Assembly: GCA_946611215.1 (NCBI GenBank)
Contig: CAMODD010000004.1
Coordinates: 2,717 to 66,716, forward strand
Length of the DNA stretch: 64,000 nucleotides
Source of the DNA: an uncultured Bacteroidales bacterium
GTDB taxonomy: Bacteria; Bacteroidota; Bacteroidia; Bacteroidales; UBA932
Direction of reading: 5' to 3'
Shown here: piece by piece, positions 27,936 through 38,450 of the stretch
How the letters are laid out: every line of letters starts with the position of its first letter
How positions within the stretch are numbered: the first letter of the stretch is position 1
The notes under the pieces: generated by a model
Seen by the model: only the letters and a program-made list of their open reading frames with translations
The model's database searches: none
What the model was told of the DNA's origin: nothing
Translations under genes and position numbers: made by a program

Positions 27936-29058
27936 CGAACATCTCTTTCACTTTGGGAAGATAGCTCTTCCCGAAGACAATGCCGCAGCCCAGTACAAAG
28001 CCCAGGAACGTCCAGACAACAAGCGTCTTGGCCCGGCTGTTGGAAGGCTGGCGGGGAACGGTGACAGGCTGGATGATGGTGAGCACGGGGGTGTCCCGTT
28101 TCACCTGCATCTTGGCCTGTTCCAGTTGTTTGGCCATTTCTGAGTAGATGGAACTGGTCACGGCGTATTTGCTCTGGAGACGTTCGCGTTCAATGCGGGC
28201 GCGGGAAGTGGTCATGTTCTGGGAACGGTCGGTCACGGTGGCCAGGGCGCTCTGATAGCTTTCGGCCTCGGCCTTGATCTCGTTGTAACGGGCCTGTACG
28301 TAGTCCAGCTGTTTCTGGGCTTTCTCCGTGCGGAAGCGCGTAATCTCCGTCTGCAGCAGCTGCTGGGCCTTGAGGGCGAGTTCCGCCGTCTGGATGGGCT
28401 CCGAGCCGTTTACCATGAGGGTGAGGTATCCTTCCTTCTTATCTACATTGAGGGTGACGCTCTGGGCGATGACCTTGATGATTTTCTCCTCGTCCTTGGT
28501 GAGGAGGATGGGCTTGGGTGCACTGTTCCCGTCCCCTTCAGATACGGGCATGGTCATCTCCGGCTTTTCCTTCCGGAGGGCGCCCATGATGACGCCGGGC
28601 AGGCCGATGGTGTATTTGAGCACCGTTCCCATGACCGTGGGCTTGACATACTCCTTGGCGTAGGTGTACATGCTTACGGCGGTGTCGGCCTTTTCATAGT
28701 GCAGCGGCGCGTACATGAGTTCCTTGCGGAAGGGAACGCTGCTGACAATCTGGGGATATACCAGCGGGGACAGGTCGGAGGCCGTCATGTTGCTGGTTCC
28801 CAGGTCGAAGCCGGCCAGGGAAGCCAGGCTGCTGAGGGAGGAATTGCGGGAAGAGCCCACCTGCGGCACCATCACGGTGCTTACGGTGTAGGTGCGCTTC
28901 ATGGTAAGGGCGGCCACCAGTCCCAGCGCCATGAAAATGGCTGTTGAGATGATGATGGTCTTCCGGCCCTCCCACATGCTTTTCACGAGGGCGATGATGT
29001 CGATGCCCTCTTCCTCCTCCTCGTACGGGGGACGCGTATAGTTGTTGTTCTCTACCAT
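27916..29058 (-). CDS. wzz: Wzz-like polysaccharide chain-length determinant
   Basis: EGIDIIAL, N- and C-terminal TM helices, coiled coil, IIQPVTVP..P; ATG at 29058. Confidence 0.85.
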   Translation of the reverse strand: MVENNNYTRPPYEEEEEGIDIIALVKSMWEGRKTIIISTAIFMALGLVAALTMKRTYTVSTVMVPQVGSSRNSSLSSLASLAGFDLGTSNMTASDLSPLVYPQIVSSVPFRKELMYAPLHYEKADTAVSMYTYAKEYVKPTVMGTVLKYTIGLPGVIMGALRKEKPEMTMPVSEGDGNSAPKPILLTKDEEKIIKVIAQSVTLNVDKKEGYLTLMVNGSEPIQTAELALKAQQLLQTEITRFRTEKAQKQLDYVQARYNEIKAEAESYQSALATVTDRSQNMTTSRARIERERLQSKYAVTSSIYSEMAKQLEQAKMQVKRDTPVLTIIQPVTVPRQPSNSRAKTLVVWTFLGFVLGCGIVFGKSYLPKVKEMFAKTDTD

Positions 29059-29060
29059 AA

Positions 29061-31751
29061 CTAGTTGAGTCTTTCGATGAGCAGGATCATGGAAACGATG
29101 GACGTGAGGGCGCTCAGGGAACTGGCGGCCAGCTGGTCCCACTTGATCTTCTCCTTGGGTTCCTCTGCTTTCTCCTGTCGCTTGGTATCCATGCTCAGGG
29201 TGATCACCGAGCCGGGCTCCACCTTGGGATAGGTGCGGAAGAACAGGAACTTCTTGGTGCTCTCGCTCTGGTTGTTGGGCAGGGTGACGGTAACGCTGTT
29301 GCGGTCTGCAAACTTCTGGAAACCGCCGGCGTAGTTCTTGATGTACCAGGCTGCATTGTGGCCGCCCTGATAGGTGACCGTCTTCTGGGTGGAAGCATAT
29401 TCCTCGGGAACATACTGGGCCATGCGGGTGCCGATCTCACGGATGGTGACCGTGTTCTCCAGGCGCATGACGTTGATGACATCCCCTTCCATGAGGATGG
29501 GATCCTCCTTGTCCCGGCGGCTGTGCCGGATGGCGCCCTTGAGGTCTACGCCAATGGGGCCGCGATTGTTGTAGGTTCGGAACAGCGTGGTGTAGGGGGA
29601 GGCATCCTCCATGAGGCCGCCGGCCATCTTGATGACCTCCGACAACTGGGTGCGGCTGTCTTCCAGCACATACACGCCCGGGTAGCGCACGCGGCCGTTG
29701 ATCTCCACGGTGCGTCCCGTGGCGAAGTTGGGCATCTGGCGAATCACGACGTGGTCGTAGGGCATGAGGTCGAAGGGCTGCAGCGGGTTGTAGTTTTCGT
29801 CTACCTCCAGGGTGATGAGGTTGTACTTGACGTCCTTGGTATCGCTTAAATCCAGACGGAACACTTCCACGCGGTTGAGGGCGGCGCCTACCTCGAAGCC
29901 GCCGGCCATGGTGATGAGGTCCTGTACGGAGAGGGAAGCGTCATAGGTGGTCCCCAGCGGGTTTTTGACGGCACCGCTGATACGGACCTCTCCCACATTG
30001 GTATAGGTTGTGTTGTCGTAGATGCGGAGCTCGTCTCCGGGCTGGAGAAGCTGGTCTTTGTCTTTCTCCAGGTTAATCTGGATGTATTCCTTCTTGTCGG
30101 GGTTGGTGATGTCCGTGCGGGTGATGTAGGCCACGGGATAGACGCTGGGCTTGAGGCCGTCGGCCAGTTCAATGGCCTGGCCGATGGTCATGCGGTCGTT
30201 GAGGCCGAAGTTGCGGCTAAAGGGAGTGCGGACCTGGCCTACCACGCTGATGGTAGCCTCGTCGCGGAAGTCGGAGAGGGCAAGCACCTTGACGGCATCA
30301 CGGGCCTGGAGGCTGAAGTCCGGGTTGCCGTTTACGCCCGGGAAGGGAACGGTGAGCACCTCCACGGTTTCGTCGGGACGGGTGCGCTCGATGAGCACGT
30401 ATTCGGTACGGGCGGTGTAGCGCGGTTTGGCGTTGTCGATGAGGGCCTGGAGGCTGCGGTTCTTGCTATAGTCGAAGTTGCCGCCGTAGTAAACGTCTCC
30501 GCTGATGGAAACGTAGTTCTCCATGGGTTTGTTGGCACTCTTGATGCGCACGATGTCTCCACCCTGGAGGTCTACCCTCTGGGCGCCGGACATGACGTTG
30601 TTCAGGTCAAATTCCTTGTAAACCTTCTCGCCGTTTTCAAAGCGCTCCACCTGCACGAAGTCCGGATAGACGGAGTAGGTGAGCCCGCCGGCATAGGTGA
30701 TGAGGTCCAGGAGGGACTCATCGTCTACCATCTCATAGCGCATGGGACGGTTCACGGCACCTTCGATGGTGACTACCTTGTTTGCTATGGGGACAAACAG
30801 GACATCGTTGTTCTGGAGGTCGTACTGGGCGGCCTGGGTTTCTCCGGTCATGAACTTGTACAGGTCCAGGCGGGAAGTCTTTCCTCCGCGGGAGCGCTGG
30901 ATGTTACGCAGCGAACCCAGCTCGGTGGGGCCGCCGGCGGCAGCCAGAGCGTTGAAGGCGGTGTTGAGGGCGCTCACGGTGAAGCCGCCCTGCACGCCTA
31001 CCTCACCATAGATGTTTACGGTGATGGTACGGGCCGTGGTGATGGTGACGGCAATCTGGTCCTGGCGGAAGGAGTAGTGCTGGGCCAGCTTGGTCTTGAT
31101 GGCGCTGCGGGCCTGGGCCAGGGTGAGGCCTTTGAGGAAAATCTTGGTGGCACCGGCGGGCTGGATGGAACCATCGGCCTCGATGCGCTGGTGAATCTCT
31201 GTCTGGGAAGAGCCGAAGATGGAGATATGGACCTCATCGCCTTCTCCGAGGATGTAGGTCTCGGGGGCCATGGCGCCGTCGGTGGTGCGGAAGACTTCCA
31301 GCGACTTGCCGGTGAACAGGGAGTGGCCGTAGATGTTGTTGCCCTCGGTGGGGGAGACGTTGTTCTTGGCGAGCGTTTCTTCCAGGGCCTTCTCTGCGGC
31401 TTCTTCTCCCAGGGTGGTCTGGGGGATCTCGTTGGCGGTCACTGTCTCCACGCCGATGGCAACACCGGCGTCAGAAACGCTTGCAGGAGCCGCGGGAGCT
31501 ACTTTGGAGGCCGATTTTTCTTTCTGCATCTGGTCCAGGATGGAGATGACACGGCTTTGGTAGGAGGGGTACTCCGAGGGAGAAATGGCATCTACGTCTA
31601 TGCCGTTTTCCAGGAGACGGGCGCGGACTTCGGTCTCTGTAAGGCCTCGTTTTTCAAGTTCTCCGCGTGCCATGGAAAGCATGGCGGCAGACTGTGCAAA
31701 CGCGGCCGTTGCCAGCAGAGTGCACAGAAGTGTCATGAGGATTTTCTTCAT
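29061..31751 (-). CDS. Wza/KpsD-like polysaccharide export protein with multiple SLBB domains
   Basis: YILGEGDEV, GEVGVQG, AGGPTELGSLRNI, repeated GAV.RP/AGG SLBB motifs. Confidence 0.88.
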   Translation of the reverse strand: MKKILMTLLCTLLATAAFAQSAAMLSMARGELEKRGLTETEVRARLLENGIDVDAISPSEYPSYQSRVISILDQMQKEKSASKVAPAAPASVSDAGVAIGVETVTANEIPQTTLGEEAAEKALEETLAKNNVSPTEGNNIYGHSLFTGKSLEVFRTTDGAMAPETYILGEGDEVHISIFGSSQTEIHQRIEADGSIQPAGATKIFLKGLTLAQARSAIKTKLAQHYSFRQDQIAVTITTARTITVNIYGEVGVQGGFTVSALNTAFNALAAAGGPTELGSLRNIQRSRGGKTSRLDLYKFMTGETQAAQYDLQNNDVLFVPIANKVVTIEGAVNRPMRYEMVDDESLLDLITYAGGLTYSVYPDFVQVERFENGEKVYKEFDLNNVMSGAQRVDLQGGDIVRIKSANKPMENYVSISGDVYYGGNFDYSKNRSLQALIDNAKPRYTARTEYVLIERTRPDETVEVLTVPFPGVNGNPDFSLQARDAVKVLALSDFRDEATISVVGQVRTPFSRNFGLNDRMTIGQAIELADGLKPSVYPVAYITRTDITNPDKKEYIQINLEKDKDQLLQPGDELRIYDNTTYTNVGEVRISGAVKNPLGTTYDASLSVQDLITMAGGFEVGAALNRVEVFRLDLSDTKDVKYNLITLEVDENYNPLQPFDLMPYDHVVIRQMPNFATGRTVEINGRVRYPGVYVLEDSRTQLSEVIKMAGGLMEDASPYTTLFRTYNNRGPIGVDLKGAIRHSRRDKEDPILMEGDVINVMRLENTVTIREIGTRMAQYVPEEYASTQKTVTYQGGHNAAWYIKNYAGGFQKFADRNSVTVTLPNNQSESTKKFLFFRTYPKVEPGSVITLSMDTKRQEKAEEPKEKIKWDQLAASSLSALTSIVSMILLIERLN

Positions 31752-31793
31752 ATGAATGAACATTTTTTATCTTTTTGCATAAAATCCAGTTTA

Positions 31794-31911
31794 CAAAGGT
31801 ACTAATTATTTTCATAATTGTCCAGTACTGCCGCCATGAGCTCCCGGCCCTTCTCCACAATCTCCTCCGCGAGTGCACGGCCGTTATATATGAAGAATTA
31901 TTGTATCTTTG
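31794..31911. promoter_or_regulatory. Divergent -7 boxes for the wza-like gene (minus) and GH92 (plus)
   Basis: TACCTTTG on minus at 31794-31801; TATCTTTG on plus at 31904-31911. Confidence 0.55.
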
Positions 31912-31925
31912 TATAGATTTTGCCC

Positions 31926-34166
31926 ATGACAATGCGTAAGAGTATCAAGACCACTTTCTTTTTTCTTTTTCTGAGCCTGAGCGTCAACGCTCAAAACGAG
32001 TGGGTTAACCCCTTTATCGGCACGTCCAATTTCGGCGCCTGCAATCCCGGCGCCGTTACGCCCAACGGCATGATGAGCGTGAGTCCCTTCAACGTGATGG
32101 GATCTTCCATGAATGCCTGGGACAAGGACAGCCGATGGTGGAGTACGCCCTATGTGGAGGAAAACAGCTATTTCACCGGGTTTTCGCATGTGAATCTTTC
32201 CGGTGTGGGCTGTCCGGAGCTGGGGTCCCTTCTCACCATGCCCACCACGGGCCCTCTCCAGGTAGACTATCACATGTACGGAACTGAATACAAGGATGAA
32301 GTGGCGCATCCCGGCTACTACTCGCTGGAACTTTTCAGCGGCATCAGGGCCGAGGTAAGCGCTACCACCCGCACCGCCATCGAGCGCTACACGTTCCCCG
32401 GCGGGGAGGGTAACATCCTCCTCAATCTGGGGGAGGGCCTCACCAACGAGAGCGGGGCCACGGTGCGGCGGGTATCGGCCACCGAAGTGGAAGGCTCCAA
32501 GCTCATGGGAACCTTCTGCTACAACCGCGACGCCGTTTTCCCTATCTATTTTGTGCTACGGGTGAGCAAGGTTCCGTCGGCCTCCGGCTACTGGAAAAAG
32601 CAGCGGCCCATGACGGCCGAGGCTGCCTGGGACGCCGATGCCGGGAAGTACAAGATTTATGAAAACTATGCGCGGGAGCTCAGCGGAGACGACATCGGCT
32701 GCTGGTTCCACTACGATTCCCTGGCAGAGGGAGAGGAGATTCTCCTCAAGCTGGGCGTTTCCTTCGTGAGCATCGAAAACGCACGCGAGAACCTGGATGC
32801 CGAGCAGCCCTCGGGCTTCTGCTTCGACGAGGTTCGTTCCCGGGCCGACGCACTTTGGGCGCAGCATCTGGGCCGTATCCGGGTAGAAGGCGGCTCGGAT
32901 GACGAAAAGACCATCTTCTATACGGCGCTTTACCATACGCTCCTGCATCCCAACGTGCTCAGCGACGTAAACGGCGAGTATCCGCTCATGGAGTACCGTT
33001 CACCCCTTGCGGGCGGCGGTGTGGGCTGCGTGGAGCCCGGCCATGCGCGCTATACCGTGTTCTCGCTTTGGGACACCTACCGCAACGTGCATCAGCTCAT
33101 GACGCTGCTCTGGCCCGAGAAACAGACCGACATGGTTCGCTCCATGATAGACCAGTACCGCGAGTGGGGCTGGATGCCCAAGTGGGAGCTCTACGGCCGC
33201 GAGACCTGGACCATGGAGGGAGACCCCGCCATCTGCATCATCGCCGATACCTGGCTCCGCGGGCTCCGTGACTTTGACATAGAGACGGCTTACGAGGCAT
33301 TTTTGAAATCGGCCGATACGCCCGGCGCGCAGAACCTCATGCGCCCCGACAACGATCCTTACGTTTCGCTGGGCTACGTGCCCCTCGGCTACTTTGCCGC
33401 CGACTTCTCCGGAGACAACTCCGTCTCCCATGCGCTGGAGTACTACGTGGCCGATTATGCGCTTTCGCGTCTGGCCGCTTCGCTGGGCCGTGAGGCCGAT
33501 GCCGCCCGTTTCTACCAGCGCTCGCTGGGGTACAGGCACTACTACTCCCCGGAATTCAAGTGCCTGCGTCCCATTAACATGGACGGCACGTTCCTCACTC
33601 CCTTCAATCCGGAGGACGGGGCCGATTTTTCCAATGCGCCCGGCTTCCACGAGGGCAGCGCCTGGAACTACAGCTTTGCCGTGCCACATGACGTAACCGG
33701 TTACGCCAGGCTGCAGGGGGGTACCAAGGCCTTCGTGAAGAATCTCCGGCACGTTTTTGACGAGGGCCTCTACGACCCTGCCAATGAGCCCGACATTGTG
33801 TATCCCTACCTTTTCTCCCGTTTCAAGGGCTATGAAAAGTATACCTGGGAGCAGGTAGAACGCATCCTTTCAGAACATTACCGCAATGCCCCCGACGGCA
33901 TCCCCGGCAATGACGACACCGGCACCATGAGCGCCTGGGCCGTGTTCTCCATGCTGGGCTTCTACCCCGACTGCCCTGCCGAGCCGTACTTCACCCTTAC
34001 TCGGCCCACATTCTCATCGGCCGTGATTACCTTGCCTGGCGGACATCGGCTCACGGTCTCCCGGGCATCGGCCTCTGCTTCCCGCGCGCTGGTGGACGGT
34101 CGTTCGCGCGGCTACCGCATCCCGCACGCTACTCTTGCCTCCACTTCTGCCGTGATGTGGAAGTGA
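31926..34166 (+). CDS. GH92 alpha-mannosidase
   Basis: VNPFIGT, GFSHVNLSGVGC, FSLWDTYR, EGSAWNY, NEPD, PGNDDTGTMSAW. Confidence 0.93.
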   Translation: MTMRKSIKTTFFFLFLSLSVNAQNEWVNPFIGTSNFGACNPGAVTPNGMMSVSPFNVMGSSMNAWDKDSRWWSTPYVEENSYFTGFSHVNLSGVGCPELGSLLTMPTTGPLQVDYHMYGTEYKDEVAHPGYYSLELFSGIRAEVSATTRTAIERYTFPGGEGNILLNLGEGLTNESGATVRRVSATEVEGSKLMGTFCYNRDAVFPIYFVLRVSKVPSASGYWKKQRPMTAEAAWDADAGKYKIYENYARELSGDDIGCWFHYDSLAEGEEILLKLGVSFVSIENARENLDAEQPSGFCFDEVRSRADALWAQHLGRIRVEGGSDDEKTIFYTALYHTLLHPNVLSDVNGEYPLMEYRSPLAGGGVGCVEPGHARYTVFSLWDTYRNVHQLMTLLWPEKQTDMVRSMIDQYREWGWMPKWELYGRETWTMEGDPAICIIADTWLRGLRDFDIETAYEAFLKSADTPGAQNLMRPDNDPYVSLGYVPLGYFAADFSGDNSVSHALEYYVADYALSRLAASLGREADAARFYQRSLGYRHYYSPEFKCLRPINMDGTFLTPFNPEDGADFSNAPGFHEGSAWNYSFAVPHDVTGYARLQGGTKAFVKNLRHVFDEGLYDPANEPDIVYPYLFSRFKGYEKYTWEQVERILSEHYRNAPDGIPGNDDTGTMSAWAVFSMLGFYPDCPAEPYFTLTRPTFSSAVITLPGGHRLTVSRASASASRALVDGRSRGYRIPHATLASTSAVMWK

Positions 34167-34259
34167 TTGATTAATTGGTATTTATAAAAATTCTCCCCGA
34201 CAAATTTGCCGGGGAGAATTTTTATAATGTGCTGATGGATTGCTAGTTATACATCACGC
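34160..34259. repeat. 90-bp module plus CATCACGC tail; direct partner of 38448-38547; may also act as a bidirectional terminator
   Basis: GAAGTGATTGATTAATTGGTATTTA; hairpin TTATAAAAATTCTCCCCG-N10-CGGGGAGAATTTTTATAA; TAATGTGCTGATGGATTGCTAGTTA. Confidence 0.8.
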
Positions 34260-35233
34260 TATAGGATGCTATTTTTCTTGGTCCACTCCACGATTTCGGG
34301 GATGTAGCCGAATGCCAGGCCCGTGACGGTGTCGGCGCAGCCGTAGTAGACGGCGACGCGGCCGGTGGCAGGGTCGTGCAGGGCGGCGCAGGGGAAGCAT
34401 ACGTTGGGCACGTCTCCCATGCACTCGTAGGGCTTCTGGGGGCTCAGGAGGTAGGGGCCGCTGCGGGCCAGCACCTTCCAGGGCTCATTGAGATCCAGAA
34501 GGGCGCTGCCGAAGCTGTACACGTAGCCGTTGCAGGAGCGCAGCACGCCGTGATAAAACAGGAGCCATCCTTCGCTGGTCTCGATGGGAACGGGGCCGGC
34601 ACCGATTTTCATGCACTGCCAGGCGCTTACCTCGAACGGAGCCGGAGCCATGACGTGCCGATGGTGTCCCCAGAATTCCATGTCGGGGGTCTCGCTGTAG
34701 AAAATGTCACCGAAGGCGGTGTGGCCGGTGTCGGACGGGCGGGAGAGCATGGCAAATTTGCCGCCAATCTTGCGCGGGAACAGTACGCCGTTGCGGTTGT
34801 AGGGCAGGAAGGCGTTCTCCACCTGGTGGAAAGTCTCGAAGTCCTGGGTCCAGGCTGCGCCGATGGTAGGGCCGTGGTAGCCGTTGCACCAGGTAACCCA
34901 GTAGCGGTCCTCGATGAAGGCCACGCGGGGGTCGTAACCGTAGTCTCCGTCAAATACAAGTTTATCGGGGCGGATATCCCAGTTGATGCCGTCCTTGGAG
35001 AAACCGGCATGGAGGGTCATGCGGCGGTTGGTGTCATCGCAGCGGAAAACGCCGGCAAAACCGTCCTTGAAAGGAACTACGGCGCTGTTGAAGATGCTGT
35101 TGGAGTCCGGAAGCAGGTCCCGGGGAATGACAGGGTTGTTGCTGTAACGCCAGAGGACGGCGTTGGAGCCGGCGGGGCGCTCCTCCCAGGGCATGTTCGG
35201 GAGAGGCTGGCCGACGATGGTCAGATTTTTCAT
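34259..35233 (-). CDS. GH130 beta-mannoside phosphorylase
   Basis: [52 protein letters not shown]; ATG at 35233. Confidence 0.93.
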   Translation of the reverse strand: MKNLTIVGQPLPNMPWEERPAGSNAVLWRYSNNPVIPRDLLPDSNSIFNSAVVPFKDGFAGVFRCDDTNRRMTLHAGFSKDGINWDIRPDKLVFDGDYGYDPRVAFIEDRYWVTWCNGYHGPTIGAAWTQDFETFHQVENAFLPYNRNGVLFPRKIGGKFAMLSRPSDTGHTAFGDIFYSETPDMEFWGHHRHVMAPAPFEVSAWQCMKIGAGPVPIETSEGWLLFYHGVLRSCNGYVYSFGSALLDLNEPWKVLARSGPYLLSPQKPYECMGDVPNVCFPCAALHDPATGRVAVYYGCADTVTGLAFGYIPEIVEWTKKNSIL

Positions 35234-36237
35234 ATAAGAGTTGCGTTCAAAATGATCTTTTCTTTCTCCAGGGAGAAGTCTTCTCCCGAATCCTTTTTCT
35301 CGATGAGACGGAAGAGAATCTGGGTGCTTTCCTGCGCAATGCGGGGAAGCGGCTGCAGCATGTGGGAGATGCGCGGAGTAAAGATGTCGTAAACGTTGGA
35401 GTAGTCGAATCCCACGATACGGATGTCTTTCTGGATTTCGATGCCTCTTTTGTGGAGGGCCTTGATCAGGCACACGGACGCTTCGTTGGAAGCGCAGACC
35501 ATGCCGTCGATTCCTGCTGCAAGCAGTTTGTCCACGGCGTGATCGGTGTCTTCCTGCATGGAGTGGAATCCCATGCGGTAGATGGGGGCCTCGGCTCCGA
35601 CTGCTTCCTGGAAGCCCTGTTCGCGCTCAATCATGGTGGAGATGCGCATGGCATAGGACAGCATGCCCATTTGGGTGGCGCCTTGCTTGCGCAGGGCATC
35701 TACAGCAGTCTTTGCGGCGCCAACATTGTCAATGAGTACGGCGGGAACGTCGTAGAGGGGATTGCGGCGGTCAATGGTGACAAAGGGGCGGCCGGCGGCC
35801 TGGATTCTCTCCAGGGAGGGACCGCACTCCAGGCAGGGTACTACGATGAATCCTTCTACGTCTTTTTCCAGGAAGGAGCGTACCAGACGGTCAAAGCGCT
35901 CGGGGTCTTCGTCGGAACTGCCGAAGAGCACCGTATAGCCGTTGCGGGTGATGATTTTCTCAATCTCCTTGGCAATAATTCCGTAGAAGATGTTGCCAAG
36001 GTCCGACAGGATGACGCCGATGACACGGGTCCTTCCCTGGCGCAGCATGCGGGCGGCCGAACTGGGCTGGTAGTGCATGCGTTCGGCGATTTCCAGAATC
36101 TTGTCCTTCGTGGCTTCACTCACGCGGTATTTCTGCTTTCCGTCGGCTCCTACGCGGTTATTCATCACAAAGGAAACCAGTGCGATAGAGACGCCCGCCT
36201 CACGGGCAATATCTTTTATAGTGACGTTTTTTGCCAT
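35230..36237 (-). CDS. LacI-family transcriptional regulator
   Basis: [24 protein letters not shown] plus sugar-binding domain; ATGA overlap with the GH130 gene. Confidence 0.95.
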   Translation of the reverse strand: MAKNVTIKDIAREAGVSIALVSFVMNNRVGADGKQKYRVSEATKDKILEIAERMHYQPSSAARMLRQGRTRVIGVILSDLGNIFYGIIAKEIEKIITRNGYTVLFGSSDEDPERFDRLVRSFLEKDVEGFIVVPCLECGPSLERIQAAGRPFVTIDRRNPLYDVPAVLIDNVGAAKTAVDALRKQGATQMGMLSYAMRISTMIEREQGFQEAVGAEAPIYRMGFHSMQEDTDHAVDKLLAAGIDGMVCASNEASVCLIKALHKRGIEIQKDIRIVGFDYSNVYDIFTPRISHMLQPLPRIAQESTQILFRLIEKKDSGEDFSLEKEKIILNATLI

Positions 36238-36288
36238 ACGTTGCGCAAAGATACAAAAAAAATATGTATCTTTATCCGTTCTACGCAT

Positions 36289-36304
36289 TTTATATCGTTT
36301 TAGC
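36289..36304. promoter_or_regulatory. Candidate LacI operator 1
   Basis: Reverse complement GCTAAAACGATATAAA; CG-centred pseudo-palindrome between the divergent lacI and GH92 genes. Confidence 0.55.
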
Positions 36305-36305
36305 T

Positions 36306-38450
36306 ATGAAGAAACCCCTTCTATTACTTTTGGCTCTGGCTTCGTGCAGCATATTTCCCGGACAGGAAGACTACAGCCAGTACGTAAACCCCAAGATCGG
36401 AACCGGCGGCCATGGTCACGTGTTCGTGGGAGCCAACGTTCCCTTCGGCCTGGTACAGGTGGGCCCTACCAGCATCCCCGAGGAGTGGGACTGGTGCTCC
36501 GGTTATCACGACAGTGATTCTACGGTTATCGGCTTCAGCCACATGCATCTTTCCGGAACCGGTATCGGAGACCTGTTCGACGTGACCGTCATGCCCGTAA
36601 CGGGTGCGGTAGAGACGGGCCGCGAAGGCGCCTGCAGCTATGCGCTTCGTTCCGAGGAAGTGGCAGAGCCCGGTTACTACAGCGTTCCGCTGGAGCGTTA
36701 CCAGATTGTGGCCGAGATGACCGCCACCGCCCGCGTGGGCCTGCACCGCTATACGTTCCCCGCCTCCGAGGACGCCACCGTGGTCTTTGACCTCGAGAAC
36801 GGCGGCTGCTGGGACAAGGCCACCGATGCCGGCTTCGAACTCATCAGAAACGAAGAAGGACAGGTGACAGCCCTCAGCGGTTACCGCTATTCCACCGGTT
36901 GGGCCCGGAACCAGAAGGTTTTCTTCTGGGCCGAGCTGTCCCGCCCGGCACAGGCCTTCGACGTGGAGGGTGACGGAAAATACGGCTACTATCGTCTGGG
37001 CCACACCGACGCCGCAGAGAAAGTGCTCGTGAAGGTGGCTCTCTCGCCCGTCTCGATGGAGGGCGCGCGCGCCAACATGCAGGCCGAGCTCCCCGGCTGG
37101 GACTTCGAAGCAACGCGCAAAGAGGCTCGCAAGGCCTGGAACCAGGAACTGGGCAAGGTGAAAGTGACATCGGCCGATGCCGACAGAAAGACCATCTTCT
37201 ACACGGCCTTCTATCATACCATGATCGCCCCCTCCGTGTTTAACGACGTGAATGGAGACTACCGTGGCTCCGACGACACCGTGCGTCACGGAGACTTCCA
37301 GAACTACACCACCTGGAGCCTCTGGGATACCTACCGCGCCGCCATGCCGCTCGCCACCATCGTGCATCCGGAGAAGATTGACGACTTTGTCAAGACATTC
37401 TACCACATTTACAAGGAACAGGGAGACCTTCCTGTATGGCACCTCATGGGGAACGAAACCGACTGCATGGTGGGTAATCCCGGCACCATCGCCTTTGCCG
37501 ATTTCATCGTGAAGGGCTTCAATGCCGGCATTCCGGCCGATGACCTCATCAAGGCCATGGTAGACACCGACGAGCGCGACGACCGCGGCCTGGATCTCCT
37601 GCACCAGTACGGCTATATTCCCGCCGACCTCTATCGCGAGGCCGTGGGCAATGACCTCGAATACGCCATTGCCGATGGTGCCCTGGCCAATGCTGCCGCC
37701 TTCCTGGGCTACCCCGAGGTGGAAGCCAAATACCGTGAGCAGAGCCACTCCTACCGCCACTACTGGGATCCCGAAACGCATTTCCTGCGTGGCCGCAAGG
37801 CCGATGGCAGTTTCACCGAGCCGTTTAACCCGTTTGCCCCCGAGCAGGGCAACCACGACTACACCGAGGGCAATGCCTGGCAGTACCGCTACCTGGTGCC
37901 GCAGGATGTAGAGGGTCTTCAGGAACTCTTTGGCGGCCGTGAGGCTATGGTTGCAGCCCTGGATACGCTCTTTTGCGTCTCCTCCGAACTGGAGGGCGAG
38001 GCCCCGCCGGACATTTCCGGTCTCATCGGCCAGTATGCCCACGGCAACGAGCCCAGCCACCACATTATCTATCTGTACTCCATGCTGGGAGAACCTGCCA
38101 AAGCGGCTGCCCGTCTCCGTCAGGTGTATGACGAGCTCTACTTCAATGACGTAGAAGGCCTTTCCGGCAACGAGGATGTGGGCCAGATGAGCGGCTGGTA
38201 TGTACTTTCCGCCATGGGCTTCTACCAGGTGGAACCTGCCAGCACGCGGTTCTGGTTCGGCCTTCCCATCTTCCCCGAGATGAAGGTGAAAGTGGCCGGT
38301 GGCGAGTTCGTCATCAAGGCGCATGGACCGCTGGACGGTTATATCGCTTCCGTGAAGCTCAACGGCAAGCCTTACGACAAGCCTTACATCGAATACTCCG
38401 ACATTGTCTCCGGCGGCGTGCTGGAGTTTGTGCTGGAGCGTGATGCGTAA
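36306..38450 (+). CDS. GH92 alpha-mannosidase (lipoprotein signal)
   Basis: LASC lipobox; VNPKIGTGGHGH, WSLWDTYRA, YTEGNAWQY, GQYAHGNEPSHH, GNEDVGQMSGW; ATG at 36306. Confidence 0.94.
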   Translation: MKKPLLLLLALASCSIFPGQEDYSQYVNPKIGTGGHGHVFVGANVPFGLVQVGPTSIPEEWDWCSGYHDSDSTVIGFSHMHLSGTGIGDLFDVTVMPVTGAVETGREGACSYALRSEEVAEPGYYSVPLERYQIVAEMTATARVGLHRYTFPASEDATVVFDLENGGCWDKATDAGFELIRNEEGQVTALSGYRYSTGWARNQKVFFWAELSRPAQAFDVEGDGKYGYYRLGHTDAAEKVLVKVALSPVSMEGARANMQAELPGWDFEATRKEARKAWNQELGKVKVTSADADRKTIFYTAFYHTMIAPSVFNDVNGDYRGSDDTVRHGDFQNYTTWSLWDTYRAAMPLATIVHPEKIDDFVKTFYHIYKEQGDLPVWHLMGNETDCMVGNPGTIAFADFIVKGFNAGIPADDLIKAMVDTDERDDRGLDLLHQYGYIPADLYREAVGNDLEYAIADGALANAAAFLGYPEVEAKYREQSHSYRHYWDPETHFLRGRKADGSFTEPFNPFAPEQGNHDYTEGNAWQYRYLVPQDVEGLQELFGGREAMVAALDTLFCVSSELEGEAPPDISGLIGQYAHGNEPSHHIIYLYSMLGEPAKAAARLRQVYDELYFNDVEGLSGNEDVGQMSGWYVLSAMGFYQVEPASTRFWFGLPIFPEMKVKVAGGEFVIKAHGPLDGYIASVKLNGKPYDKPYIEYSDIVSGGVLEFVLERDA

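Noticed and set aside
34259-35473. Extended N-termini in the ORF track (GH130, trmB, wzz, susC, lacI, DUF3108, PG0541-type gene)
   Set aside because: The extensions overlap upstream genes or promoters; downstream ATGs match family N-termini and were used instead
36247-36273. Inverted repeat AAAGATACA-N-TGTATCTTT as an operator
   Set aside because: More simply explained by back-to-back TATCTTT promoter boxes of the divergent lacI and GH92 genes
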